From: Lama glama
Lineage: Eukaryota
NCBI GenBank assembly: GCA_028534125.1
Contig: CM052816.1
Location: forward strand, 53,074,001 to 53,138,000
DNA length: 64,000 nt
Direction of reading: 5' to 3'
Positions 1-13,803 of this stretch are shown piece by piece. Position 1 is the stretch's first letter. Each line of letters begins with the position of its first letter. The position numbers and the translations under genes were made by a program. Below the pieces are notes generated by a model. It made no database searches and was not told the origin of the DNA. It saw only the letters and a program-made list of their open reading frames with translations.

Positions 1-3000
1 TTTTCTGGTCCCAGATTCATTCCAGGATCACAAGTTGCATTTAGTTGTCATGTCTGTTTATTTTGATGTTTGAATTGTTCCAGATTTAGCAGGCGGGAAA
101 CCCTTCAATGCTGCCTCTGCCTCTGTGTCCTTTTGATGTGACCCTGTCATTCTTTAAAGAACTTCATGTTTTAGCTCAACTAGATATTCCAGGTTCATCT
201 TGTATTTCTCAGCTCCAGCTTTGAAATTAGCAATTTTTCAAAGACAAATTTTTTTTTTTTTTGCAAAGACTGGTATTTAGAAACCAAGATCTGGGCACTA
301 GATAGACTCTTTCTGTTCTAATAGAGGTTCAAAAGTTGGTTACATTAGTTCTTCCTCTCCCCCTCTTCAATTGGTTAGGTTATTCATTTGAAATACCTTT
401 ATGTTCATTTGTATCATACTGTATTCCATTTTAGTTTTTTCTTCCTCATTCTTCTTTATTTTATATTTGTATGCATTTACTGAGTGTATGAAACATTAAC
501 ATGGAGAACCTGAAATGTTTGAGAATACTCATACCTAAAAGTCTGAACTGTTCAGAAAGATATCTTCAGAGAAGTGTCATCCTGTCCAGTTCAGTCCGCC
601 CCTATTCTTGCCCCCATTCTCATCTGCCCCCTGCAGGTAACCAGTCTCAGTAGTTTCTGGTTTATGCTTTCTGTGTTTTTTACACAATGAACAGATACAT
701 ATTTTTAAAATTTCCTCCCCCTTTTTTTCTTACACAAGTGGTAACATACTCTAGATTACTCTTCTGCATTTTGCTTTTTTCATCTAAGATATGTCCTGGA
801 AATCACTGTTAGTTCATAGTGATCTTGTTCATTCTTTTTTATAGCTGTATAGTATTTGCGTGTACAATAGTTCATTCAACCACACTCCTTTATATGGGTA
901 TTTAGGTTGTTTCCAGTATCCTGTGACAGTACTGCAATGAGTTATCTTGTGCGTAGGTATTTTGTTATTGTTGGAGGTGTATCTTCAGGATAGACACTTA
1001 CAAGTGAGATTTCTAAACAAGAAGGTCATACTGTCAAATTCCTCTCCATAATTGATTGTGCCTATTTTCCCTTGTACCGTCAGTGTGAGTAACTGTTTCT
1101 CCACAAGCCTTGCCAACAAAATGTGTTCTCATACTTTTTAACATTTGTCAATGTGTGATAGGTGAGAAATGATCGTTTTAATTAGTGTGTCTCATGTTAT
1201 GAGTGAGATTAAATATCTTTCATAAGCTTAAAGGCCATTTGGGCATACTTTTGTATGTATATGGATTGTGTTTCTCCCAGTTTGTCATTGGGACTTTGTT
1301 AAACACAGTGATGTTGTTTTATGGAGCAGTCAAATATATCATTCTTTTCTTTCGTTGTTTCTGGCTTGTCAATCATAGTTAAATAGCTTTTTTCCAAACT
1401 CAGATCATATAGGAATCTATCCATATTTCCCTCTAGTACTTATACAGTTTCGTTTTTTTTTTTTTTTTTTACATTTAGATCTCTTATTCATTTGGGGTTT
1501 CTCCTTTTGTATGTGGTATGAGATATGGATCTAATTTTATCTTTTTCCAAATGTCTATCTAATTATTCATTGCCATTTTTAAAATTCTATCCTTTTTTTT
1601 TTCCAGAGATTTGAGATATTCAATTTCTAGTTGTATTTTGGTTTCTCTCTGGACTTCCTTTTCTGTTCTACTAGTAACTCTTATTTATTCATGCATCCTA
1701 ATACCACACTGCTTTAATGGTAGAGGCTTTGCAAGACATTGTAATAAGTGATAAGGCCAGTCACTCCTCATAGCTTTTCATTTTCATTGTTTTTTACATA
1801 TTCTTACATGTTTATTTTTCCATATGAATTTTAGTATTAACATTAGTACCAGTTTTAGTGTCAGCAGAAGTTTAGCTCTATGAAAAGGTTTCATTGAGAT
1901 TACTTAAAATTTATAGTTCTACTTTAGCCAAAGTGATATCATCATGAGGTTTCCATCCTCTTCAGGAACAAGAGATGTCTTCCTATTTGTTCACATCTAC
2001 TTTTATGTTTTTCAGAAGTGTTTTAGGGTTTTCATTATGTGAGTTTGGAACGTTTCTTGTTTATTTGTAAATATTTTATCTTCTTTTTTACTATTGCAAA
2101 TGGGGTTTACTCTACCATTGTATCTTTTTCAATTTTTTATTTTATTTGTTTATTTACAGGGGTGAGGTAATTAGGTTTACTTATTTATTTTGGTGGAGGT
2201 TCTGGGGATTGAACCCAGGACCTCATGCGTGCTAGGTGTGCTCTCTGCCACTGAGCTATGTCCTCTCCCTGGGCCATTGTATCTTTTAATTGATTATTAT
2301 TTGTATATATGAAAGCTGTTGAGTTGTGTTTGCTAATTTTGTATCCTGTTACCTTACTAAATTATTTTATTGTTTGAGCCAGTTTTGTCATTTGTCCTAT
2401 TTATTCTCTATTGGTAGTATAACATGTAGTCTGAAAACAGATCATTTTACTTTTTTTCCAAGTCATATGTTTCTGTTGATTGTTCTTGTCAAATACATCC
2501 ATTAAAAACACCAGTACAGTGTTAAATAGTAGTGGAGACTTACCTTGTTCCTGATCTTAGTGGAAATGCCTCTAATATTTTTTCATTAATTGAAATGCTG
2601 GCTTTACCACTAAAATATATATCTTATCATGTTGTGAGAGGGCTTATTCCTATTTTCTTGTTTTTACCAACAAGGACTGTTTAATTTTGTTAATAGTTTC
2701 TTTAGTATCTATGGAGATAATCATGATTTTTCTCCCAGATCCATTAATATGGTTAATTTTATTAATGATTTTTTAATAATGAACCATACCACTTAGCTGT
2801 GGTGTATTATTTTCTTAATATGGTGTCAGATTTTTGTTCCCTGTCATTTACAGTTTTTACATGACGTTCATTTGTAATGTCTTGTAATTTTCGTCTTTTT
2901 TTCAAGTAGAGGCTGGATTTATAAGATTTAGATATCTAGGCCGAACTAGCTTCATAAAATAATTTGGAAGATTTTTTTCATTTTTCATGCCCCGGAATAA

Positions 3001-5700
3001 TTTATGTCATATTGGAACTATCTGGTCTTGGAAGATTTAATAGAAATCCCCCTTGAAACCATCCGGGCCTGGTCCTTTTCTGTGCAGTAATCGCTTAATT
3101 ACTGTCGTTTCTTCTACAGATATTGGGCTATTTAAGCTCTCCATTTGGGTTTTCAAATATTCAATGGAAAGTCTTATAATCTCTTGTTTTATGTAGTTGC
3201 TCTTTATCCTTTTCTTTCTTGATGACGTAAAGTAATGATATGTTTATTTTAAGTTTTTAAAAAAATAAGATTTTGACTTATTAATCATTGTCAATATTTT
3301 TCTATTCTCTACCCAGTGAATTTTTACTTTTATCTTTATTATTCTTGCCCTATGCTTTGTTTTGGTTTACTTTTAAAATTCTTTTTCTAGCATTTTGAGA
3401 GGGAAATTTAATTCCTTTATTTTCTTTTTTAAATTTTTATTTATGTGTTTAAAGCTATAGATTTTCCTCTAATCATTGCTTTGTGTCCCATCAATTCTGA
3501 CAGTATTTTCATTATCATTATTTCTTAAAATTCTATAGTTTTGGTTTTATTTCCCTTTCATACAAAAAATGTTTAGAAGTATGTGCTTTAATTTCCTGGT
3601 GGAAGGGCCTTTTAGTTTTTGATTAAGTTATTTATTTCTAGTTTTTCTGCATTGTGATCACAAGCATTTGTATAATTTCTGCTTTACATAATTTACTGCT
3701 TTTTTGTGTAGTTTAATTTATGCTCAGTTTTTGTGAATGCTGTTTATTGATTTTGTAATTTAAGCCTCTGTAGCCTTACCTTGTTTTTCCCTCTTGATCT
3801 ATCCTGTACTAAGAGTGACATATTAAAATCTCTTATAAGTGTATTTTTATCTGTTTCTCCTTTCATCTCCTGTAATTTCTACTTCATAAAAGTGGCTGCT
3901 GTGTTCTTGGCACATAAATATAATTGTTATATCTTCATTGTGAGTTGTGGCATTTAGCATTAAAGGTGTCTTTCTTTGCTACTTTTTCTACCACTGTCAC
4001 AAACCCTGCCTAGTATGCCTTTGCCCATGTCATTATTTTTGGATTTTCTAAATGAATTTCCAAGTGGAAAGACCGTTTTATTTTGTGATTTAGCTATCAA
4101 TTCCTAGTCTTACTACATTGTGATCACAGAGTATTTTTAAGTTACATTAAGTGATTTTTATATGTATTTATATGTTATGTAGCTTACCTGGTTTTCTTGT
4201 ATGTGACCTAATACATGATCAGTTTTTGAGAATGTTCTTTGTGTGTTATTTGAGCCAATCTGAGAAATTTTTTTATACTAAGTAATTCATTCATATTTGC
4301 TGATATGATTTTTATGTTTGGTCTCAACTTGTCATTATTTTATGTATAATTTATTTATATATTATATTAACTTGACTTTTTCTTTCTCTATATGATGTGT
4401 TCTTTTCTCATTTTTTATCTTTTTAAATTTAAGATAGTCTTAAATTTGTTGTAGTGGTCACCTTTGAACTTACATCTTTTCTAAATGCCCCTCGTCAACT
4501 GTGTTCACATATAAACTTTGTCTGTCTGGTTTGTTAGTTTTTAATGATGTCCTTTGACTCTCAACTACTACATATTCAATAATAATGAATCAGCTTACCT
4601 GCTTTTCTGTTTCCCTTCCCTTTTCTTCCTGTTTTCAGTTGCGTTATTACTACTTTGTCAGAATAAGTGACATTTTTATATTACTTTTTAACCGTCATCC
4701 ACCTTTATTCTTATCTTTGATATACATTAAATATAGCAAATGCTCACCATCAGTCCTTTTTCTGAAGTTTTCACAGTAGTCTGTTAGTTGGATGAAGCCT
4801 GTCTGCTGGTAGGTGGTTCCAGAAGAGCTCATAGGTACACCTGTCCTCCGTTCTTTCATGTTTACGCTGTTTTTTAATAGGCTTAGTATTTGGATGATAG
4901 CTTGGCTAGGTGTAAAATCCTCGGTTCATAATTTTCTTTCTTTGAGTTTCTTGAAACTGCTACTCCATTGTTACCTTATTTTTAATATTGCTTTTGAGAA
5001 GTCTGATTCCAGTCTGATTTTCTGGCCTTGGAAGTTTTGAACTAATTCTGCTCGTTTACCCTGAGGAATTTTTCCTTTGTTTTTAAAGTCTAATCATTTT
5101 ACTAGGGTATTTCTCAGAATGGATTATTGAGGATCAGTTTTCCTAGGTAGGCTGTTTAATTAGTAGATTCAGGTCTTTCCTTGTTCAGGAAATTTTCTTG
5201 TATAAAAGTTTTAAATGTTATTTCTGTCCTGTTGTATTTCTCTCCCTCAGGAGCTCCAGTGATATGTAATTGGATTGTCTTGTCTTCTGTTCCAATCACT
5301 TTCTATCTGACCATTTTCCCTACTTTATCTTTATTTCTTTCATTCCTTTGGATTTTTTTCAAATAATAATTGACTAAAATAAATTTTATTCAAATCTGTT
5401 TTTCCTTGGACATCATATAATTCAGTCTTCATTTCTGTTACGATTTTGCATTTTTCTTCTATTTCTATCATTGGTTTAATCAACTTTTCCTGTTTTTCAG
5501 GGTTTTGACTCATATCTGATTTAGTGTTTGAATATCTGATTCAAGCTCTTTTTTTAAATGCTTGTTTGAGAATATTTAATTTAGAGTGGAGGGTTCTATC
5601 AGAATTTTCTTGTGCTTCATAGTTGGTTTTTTGAGGTATTTTAATTTTTATCCACTGAAGTGTTTTTAGCATATTTTCTACTTTTATGTTTTAACAGTTT
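1..5700 (-). mobile_element. Old, fragmented L1 (L1M-type 3' end, ORF2 and more 5' remnants) antisense in the HOMER1 last intron
   Basis: Long T-rich degenerate tract with L1-like motifs (ggtatttagaaaccaagatctggg, tttaggttgtttccag, gatatggatctaattttatctttttcca, gttcctgatcttagtggaaatgc). Boundaries approximate; probably several pieces. Confidence 0.75.
2129..2273 (-). mobile_element. tRNA-derived SINE (camelid vic-1-like) nested in L1
   Basis: ggggattgaacccagg (B-box) and ccactgagcta (A-box) in reverse; T-rich tail; TSD CCATTGTATCTTTT at 2115-2128 and 2274-2287. Confidence 0.85.
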
Positions 5701-8700
5701 ATGAAGATGAAGATTGCTTGTACCTTGGTATGTGGTACACAGAGTGGCAGTTTTGGGTGGTTTACAAATTTTTGGTTAAAAAACATTGCTTTTGGGGAGA
5801 TAGTAGGGGAGAGGTTTGTGTCCTTTGATATTTTAATTTTCTTTTGTCTTGAAAGATTCTAAACTTCCCCATGTTGCTTTTTTTATCCCTTTGCATACTA
5901 TTGCAAAAAGTCCCTTTCTCTTCTTTTTACTGTCTTCTCTCAAAAGTATTGCCTCTCCAGGGTTGCCTCCTTGTGTCTCATGTCCCTTCTTGTAGGTTGC
6001 TCTGGTCTTCCAAGACCTTTATCTTCCCCTGACCAATATTTTGGCACTTTCAGTGCTCTTTCCTCTTTCTTTGGATTATTGGAGCTCAGTCAGTCTCCTC
6101 TTCCCTCTTCTGTGTGACCCCACAGCCCTGCCTTGCACTCTGCGAGGGGTTAGAGTGAGAACATGAAAATTATCTTTGCTGAAAACCAGGGATTATATTT
6201 CCTTATTATAGGTAACTTGAAGTTTGTATTGGTCTCTTTCTTCTAGTTCCATTGAAGTCATGGAATTTGTTTGGTTTTTATTTGCTCTTATTATTGGTTT
6301 TATAGTGTGGGAAGGTAATTGGAAGATTTCAGGGTGTACAGTCACCATTTCCTCAGTAACCCAGACCGTCCATTCTGTTCACTCCTTTGTTGCCTGTTCT
6401 TTCTAGAATGCATGCGCCATTAAAACAGGGACCATTTTTTTGTTTATTTACTGGTTTATCCTCAGTACCTAGTTTGTAGAGGGCACTGTAGATAATTGTT
6501 GACTAACTCTTATTCACAGTGTGGTGTGTGTCTTATACCCGTTTTTCTGTTGAATTATTAATATGTGTTTTGATTATTTATGTCCTGTTACATATGAAGG
6601 TTAATAATCTAATAGGACGGTAATACATGTAAGAAGAGTTTAAGATGCGAATTGGCTGTTAATAAAGAGGGTTTTTTTGTAGCTTTTATTTAGATTCAAT
6701 GGTGCAGAATTTAATTTTATAGAATATGAACCTGACCTCATCCCATTGATATGGTGGTAAAAATTGTCTAAATTTTTTTCATCTCTCTAGTTTTGTAGGC
6801 TCCATATCTAACAAACACAGAGCACGACCTGCTGCCTGCTAGGATGTTACACTTTCAGTGCTTGCCCTTTGAAGGCCTCAAAAGGGAGTTAGCAAATTGT
6901 GGCCTCACTGCTTTATCAGGACTGCACCAGGCCTCTTGGTGCACCTGGCATGTGCGCACGTATCAGTGAAGGAGAAAGGGAAATGGTTGCACAAAAATGA
7001 TAGTAAACAGAAAGATGAGTTGTGGGGGTCGTGGGGGGAGAATAAAAGGCAAGGAGAGGGTTGGAAATTGTGGACAGAAGGTAGAAAACTGGAAAGTGCT
7101 ACCAACCAGGCTGCTTCGTACTGGCCCTGGGCTGTCTGTCTCTTCTTACTCTGGGATCATACCCTCTGCCTTAGAATAGACCAGTGCCGACAGCCCTATA
7201 CTGGATCCCTTTTGTCATCTGCCTAGTAAAACTCCTCCAATCAGGGAAATGGCTTAGAGCACAAGACTTCTATGGAGAACAGCGCAATTTTAATAGCTGA
7301 GGGGATTTGGTGTTTTGCTTGCTTCCATTGAAAATGTTTGGATGTTTCATTGATTGTCAGAGAGAACAAGGAAGCCTTTCATTCTTAGGGAAGGCTTTAG
7401 AGGGCAAACTGGGTGGTGCCTGGTGAAGTGGGTGTTTGCTAGTGAATGACATTTGGTCTATTTTTATGTTGGAAACTTTCTACTCTTAAGCTTATTGTTT
7501 AAACAGGCAAGAAAGCATGCTGTGTAATCACGAGTGGAATTTTTACATTTAATCCCAGGGTCTGTTTTCTCCTTCATAATTTAGAGCCTCCATGAACTTG
7601 GCTTCTGAATTTATAAATATTTTATTGGTTTCATAATCTGCTCTCAGTTTACTTATCTTCACTTTGTAGATTATTCAAAAGAAAAAGATTAGAAACGTAC
7701 CTGGTTAACATCTAGCAGTAAATACTTTAAGATTAGATTGGGATTCCCTAAATCCCTCATTTATAAATCATTATAGGTGCTTTATTTCTATTTTATATTT
7801 TCCCAGGCTCTTGTGACTCATCTGTGCTGTCTTTTTGCTGGAGCCTTGCTCTCAGTTCTGTCTGTCAAAACGTGAATATTCGTATTGAGAATTCTAAATC
7901 AATAGTTACTTTCTTCTATGTATTCAAGTCAATTTTCCAATTATTTTGCTCAGAAGTTTAATTTTGCACATATTATAGGACAAATAAATTTTGGAAAGAA
8001 GTGCCCATCATCCCAACAACCAGAACGGTTTCCTGTTTCTTGTGTGTACATTAATTCCCATTGTTCTCAATTTGCATACAAATTTTTGCCTAGTTGCAGT
8101 GTGCTGCTTCATCTTTGGTTCTTTTCATTTAACATTTACCAATTTGTCTTTCAATATTTTTTTTTAATCCACTGTCCTTTAGACTTGATGGAATTTTCTT
8201 AAAGATTTGTATTTAACATTTGAAACATCGTATTTTCTGAGGCTGATTCATAATTGTGTTACTAACAAAAATGTCTTCATTGTTCCATGTCATTTACATA
8301 TATGAATGTAATTTTTAGCAGTCACTTAATTCTTCTCAGATATAAAAGTGAGCTTTCCATAAAGGATATGTAACTTTCAATTCATCGCTTTTCTGAAGTT
8401 TATTTAAAGCGTAAAAATAGGTTTTCTGCTATTTTTTCTTAATTCTCTTTTTTAACCGAATTTGGATGTCTAGCTTATGTCATTTTATTTTTTAGAATCA
8501 CTTTATTATATTCGTCATGCTTAGAAACTTTCTTTTAGAGCAATAGTAACTTCTAAATAAATTTAAGTAAGCTAGAATTTATTCTTTTAAAAAACTAACC
8601 ATTTTTTATTCCCATGAACTTTTACCTCCCTTTTGTCATTTTTTCTTTCTTTATTCTGCAGTATGTTGGAACTGTTAGTTGTATAATTCTCTTATATGTA

Positions 8701-9281
8701 CAGTTATTATATATCCCTACAGATTTTAGCAGGTGAGTTTTATTCTCTACCATATGCATTTATTTAATATTGAGGCAAAACGAAAAATATTGAACATATT
8801 CAGAGGATCCTAAAACCTCATTTAAGAGTCATTTTCTTCTCTAAATCTTCCTCCAGAATTGCCCATAAGGAGAAAAAATTAATTTCTCTTATTCTCTTCC
8901 TGCTTTCACCTGAGATTGCTAACGGTTGTGCATGAGGAAAAGGCAGTGGGCAGAAGTAGAAATGAGATGTAGATAATCCACAGAGTGGGTCTTCGGTGTC
9001 TTGGTACCTGAAGTGCTGGGGTGTCGTGTGGCATGAAGGAAGCAGTCAGGAGATTTGTGTTCAGGGGAGAGAATGGATTTATGAACAAGCCAGTCAATAA
9101 AACCACATGAATTTCTCAGGTGGTAAAATCTAAAAATCTCCTTAAACTGTGTTAATTTGTGATTCAGAAGCTCATCCTGACTGTCAAACTGCATGAACTA
9201 CAACAATATTACTAATAAGTTATGTTGATTTCTAAGTCTCGAACTGATGCACATGTATGTATCACACTTTTGTTTCTAAAG

Positions 9282-9470
9282 GAAGTAGAAATTCGGAACA
9301 AAGACCTGGAGGGACAACTGTCTGACTTAGAGCAACGTCTGGAGAAAAGTCAGAATGAACAAGAAGCTTTTCGCAATAACCTGAAGACACTCTTAGAAAT
9401 TCTTGATGGGAAAATATTTGAACTAACAGAATTACGAGATAACTTGGCCAAGCTACTAGAACGCAGCTAA
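9282..9470 (+). CDS. HOMER1: HOMER1 last coding exon (C-terminal coiled-coil/leucine zipper of long Homer1b/c isoforms)
   Basis: Translates EVEIRNKDLEGQLSDLEQRLEKSQNEQEAFRNNLKTLLEILDGKIFELTELRDNLAKLLERS*, recognised as the Homer1 C-terminus. Acceptor ttttgtttctaaag|GAA at 9281/9282; TAA at 9468-9470. HOMER1-JMY adjacency matches known mammalian synteny. Confidence 0.96.
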   Translation, partial: EVEIRNKDLEGQLSDLEQRLEKSQNEQEAFRNNLKTLLEILDGKIFELTELRDNLAKLLERS

Positions 9471-12400
9471 GGAAAGTTAAATTTCAGTGCCAATTGATTA
9501 AAAAATACACTGTCTCTCTTCATAGGACTGTTGGGGCTCTGCATCAAGATTGCACAAAAAATTTGAATATCACTCCTCCAGGAGGAGGGTCTTTTGAAAA
9601 TTGGAATTGTATATTTCAGTGTAAATTTTAGACTTCAGCTTATAGCTAGTTGGGGAAAAAAAGAGATGAAAAACTTGAACTACAAATTACCTCCATGTAT
9701 ATTATTGGCCATAGTTAACTAGAAAGTTATAATAGATACTTAATGCAATCTTTTTTTCTGGTATAAGCCAATGGGAGAATTAACAATGTCTGGGTCACAT
9801 CCCATTTTTTGTGTTCAACACAGTGAAGGTTATCTGCTTTTTAAATCAATTTATTTCTGATATCTCAAGCTGTGTTTTGTGCAAAATCTTAGTGATGAAA
9901 GCCCTGTCTTTTGTTGTAATCTGAATAATTTCTCAGGATATTTTTGCACTGCTGAGAAGCAGTGCCGTTACCAATTAATTCTTGCCAGGAGTGAGAGAGA
10001 GCTGTATCTTTAACTGAAACATAACTGGGTGTATAGAGTTCTTCCCTTTTTTTATACTGGAAGATAAATCACTCTGGTGACCACTCTGGTACACTCTGGT
10101 GTTCTCTAATCTTGTCTGCTGAATAGTTTACTTTCCATATTGATTCCATGTATTTATGAGAAGATACTGTCTCCCATTTTATTACATATTTTAAAGCCAA
10201 CTAATGAAGGCAGCTGAGTCCCTCCGAAATTTTTCTTTTTAAATTTCTAATAAATTTGACACACAGTACTGAAATACAGCAGCCGTCACCGACGGTCTGG
10301 TCTAGCAATGCTAAGTATATTTACAGAATATGCAGTTACATTTATTTATATATTTTGCAAGAAATCTTTTCTGAATGATCGATGCATTTCAATTTACAAA
10401 TAATAATGGTTATTGGGGAACTGTTTAATATAGATCATTTTAAGGTGTACAGCTATTTTAAAGGGAATCCATTTCCATCAAGCAGCCGAGCAGAGGACTA
10501 TTAGGATTGGAGCCGTGTACTCTCTCTGGGTCTTCACATCAACCACGTCTCTAGTCAAACCTCACAAGGCAATATTCTGAACTGTTAACTAGGCATTTCC
10601 AAACAGGAATTCAATTCAGTGGGCACTTCTCAGTGAACAGGTTTTAATGTTGTTTGGATGTAATTTTAAAAGACTTTTAGCAAACATGCATTTCTTTATA
10701 TATTTCTTTTAAGAAGCTATTTTAAAAATAAGTCAAGTGCTGTCTAGTTTGCTTATGGAGTAGGAATTGCATCAGAGTCCATATGTTCTTGCTGTGTAAT
10801 GCCTGTGACGTTGAGGAGGGTTCTTTTTTAGAGTGTATGCTTGAGTATCTGACTCTTTGGAGTCTACAAATGCACTGACTTTTTGTTTGTATCCCAAAAC
10901 GACTGAATTGTTAAGTACAAAATTAAGCTGATTGATCAATTTGTAACCATTTTTTCACTCACAAACAGCTACTCAACACTAGACAATTTTGTTTTCTATA
11001 TGTATGTGTATGTATGTAAATACATACATCTTAATTTATATTAGAGTGAAAAATAAATGGTTTGTTTCTAAAGTTAGTTTCTAAAAGTGAGTTTCCAGGT
11101 GTCTCTGAAAAGTTTATATCAGACACAATCATCATGTATTATATGTGCTATTTTATTGTGTAAGTTCCCTCCATCTATTTTAGGGTGTTTTCCTCACCTG
11201 TTCATTATAGGGAGGGTAATTTAGGCACACAAGCTCAGAGTTGAGATATTTCTCTGGTAAATCAGGTAATAAAATGTATTTGATTGATGGAATTTTGAAG
11301 TAGATGTGATTTTTATCCATCAGTTTCTGAGTAACAGAGCACCAGATTTTAATTTAAATAGAAGATTTAACACTAGGGATCAGGGAATTTAGTTATGAAG
11401 AGTTAAAAATTTAAAAAAGTGTAAGCTATTGAAATGCTAAGTGAATTATTTTAATGATGTAAAAAGATATTTTTAAATTTTGACATAGTTGTCATTTAAT
11501 GGGAAAATAGCTCACCAAAATGTCTCCACTTTAATTGTATTGATACATGAGACATGTGTGCAATTCAATATATACATATACTCTATGTATATACAGAAAA
11601 TTATTTTTAATATTTTCCTACTGATATGAAATTTGAAATTGGAAATTTTGTGAGTTTTTTCTTTGTCCAAAAGAGCCTAATTTGTTCTTTTTTTAGTGAT
11701 TCCACAATTTCTTGAGGGCTGCACCTTTAAGTTCCCAGCTTGTCATCCGATGTGTACAGTGTAGGGATAAGGTGGACACAAGTGCACATATAAATAAAAC
11801 CTTCTCAGTAAGACTATTTTAAACCTTCATTTACAGTAGGAGAGTATCTAGAAACCATCATCTATACGTCATAATTAGGTTGTGTGCCTACGGTAGCTTT
11901 CTCCATTTCTGTATTATATAAATAAAAGTTTGCATATTAAAATCTGATTTTTCCCAGAGACAAGTATTATATAATGTATCTATATTTAGATCAAACTGTG
12001 GTAATATATTTATCAGAAAATAATGTTGGGGGCTATAGCCTGAACACGTGGACTTGAAGTGACACGGAAAAGGAGAGCAGAGATCGATCCCATTGTGTGT
12101 AAGTTATTATATGATAACTATGAATTCTTGTACAAAAAAAAAACAACTGAAAAAAAGAAAAGCAAAAATACAGTTTTTATTTTGAAATACACTCGTTGTT
12201 CTCTGGAGAATGTACTTTATCTTTTTCCCCTTCAGTCTTTTACAGATATTTTTTAAAAAGCATTTAAGTGATGGCAGCATTTACTTAAATCTTACAGGTG
12301 CTACTGGATTTTGCATTAGTGTGTTATGTTGTGAAATCCTAACTTTGACATAAAAGGTTTTATAAGTATTTCCCTGGCTGGAAAATTAGTTTTTGTTCCT

Positions 12401-12690
12401 CCTCTCTCTCTTTCTCTCTCCCTCTCTGTCTCCCTTTTTTGTCCCCCTTTCTTTCTGCAGATTAAAAAAAAGTTGATGAAGTTGCAGCCCTCCTTGTCCC
12501 TATAGAAGAGCTCCAGCACCACCATAGATTTAATGTTTTGCTGTCATAGAACTGTTGAGAAGCAGTTAGAGGAAAAACTTATGCCTTTTTCTCAAATGGG
12601 ACCAAAAGAGACACTCAAAATGAATCCTCCACCACCTTTTAAAACTCCTGTCTTTGCCCTGTTAAAATTAAATGTATTCTTTCCCACGTG
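9471..12690 (+). other. HOMER1: HOMER1 3'UTR (3' end uncertain, several candidate poly(A) signals)
   Basis: AT-rich stretch with no recognisable interspersed repeats after the stop. AATAAA at 11052, 11268, 11793, 11921; ATTAAA at 11936 and 12667, the last followed by GT-rich sequence. Confidence 0.6.
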
Positions 12691-12983
12691 TGCTGCGGGC
12701 TCCCATGTTTGTACTTAACTCTGGAGTGTGCAGCTCGGCTGCTGTCTCCTTGCAGGCCTGAGTTTCTGTCAGCTCTGGAAGGAGAGGCAGGCCAGAGGGA
12801 AACTGGTTTGGTGGCAGTGTTTTGTTCTGTTTTGTTTTAAAGAAATCTTTCTGTTTATTTGATAGCAAGTGATTTTAACATGATGCTTGAAATCATGAAA
12901 TAATCTTTATTGAATTTTTTTCTTCTGGATATTTAGCTCTGTTCCTTTATCATTCACAAAGTAAATTAATTTATATAAATCTT

Positions 12984-13125
12984 TTTTTTTCAATTTTTTG
13001 AGTTTTTTGGGGGGGTTTGGTAATTAGGTTTATTTATTTATTTTTTAATGGAGGCACTGGGGATTGAACCCAGGACCTTGTGCATGCTAAGCATGTGCTC
13101 TACCACTGAGCTATACCCTCCCTCC
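12984..13125 (-). mobile_element. tRNA-derived SINE (same family as 2129-2273)
   Basis: Same A/B boxes and taattaggtttattt body; perfect 17-bp TSD TAATTTATATAAATCTT at 12967-12983 and 13126-13142. Confidence 0.88.
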
Positions 13126-13783
13126 TAATTTATATAAATCTTAAAGAGGAAAACTTTCAGGTAAGAAGTAGTTGAGAATGACACATTTTTAAAAATTTCT
13201 CAAGTAGGACACTATGCCATAAAAATTATTTGTTGAGAAGGTAATTTTCATGTGAGAAAATATTTTTAGAATTACTAGAAAACAATCATTTTAGAATGGA
13301 AACATGTGTCATTCACCTTACTCTAAATTGTAAAAGTGTATTTTTTACTAATATTCTTATTAAATTGGAACTTAAGTTTTTATGGCAGTTTCTATGGGAA
13401 ACTAATATATAGATGTCACACAAATAAGCATAGTTAATGAATTAAAGAAATGAATTTTTTTCTCTTTTTGTTCATAGATTACCTGGTAAAATATACCTAA
13501 AAATAGCTAACAGTTTCATCCAAGAAAAAACTCAAACTTAATCAGCACTACACTGCCTGGTGATTTCTGCTTAGTTTACCAGATGAAAAAGAATTGAGTT
13601 ATTTTTACCAAAAACAGATGACCCAGGGAGAGAAATTGCATCTAGACTAGAGTAGGGGACAGGGCACAAGCTCCCAGTGGATGTCTAGTCAATTCTCTGA
13701 TCTCTTTAAATACCCCTGTATCTCTCAGATTAAAGGACACATTCCAGAGGATGCCAGGAGTGTACGTGGTGAGGAGAGGATTT

Positions 13784-13803
13784 TGTGTGTGTGTGTGTGT
13801 GTG
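13784..13803 (+). repeat. (TG)10 microsatellite
   Basis: Direct reading. Confidence 0.9.

Noticed and set aside
9222..9281. N-terminal 20 aa of the HOMER1 ORF, and similar extensions on the JMY ORFs
   Set aside because: Intronic read-through past splice sites; boundaries were set by AG/GT and phase.
13040..13125. tRNA-like A/B boxes (also near 2200-2265 and 50000-50060)
   Set aside because: SINE heads with tails and TSDs, not tRNA genes.
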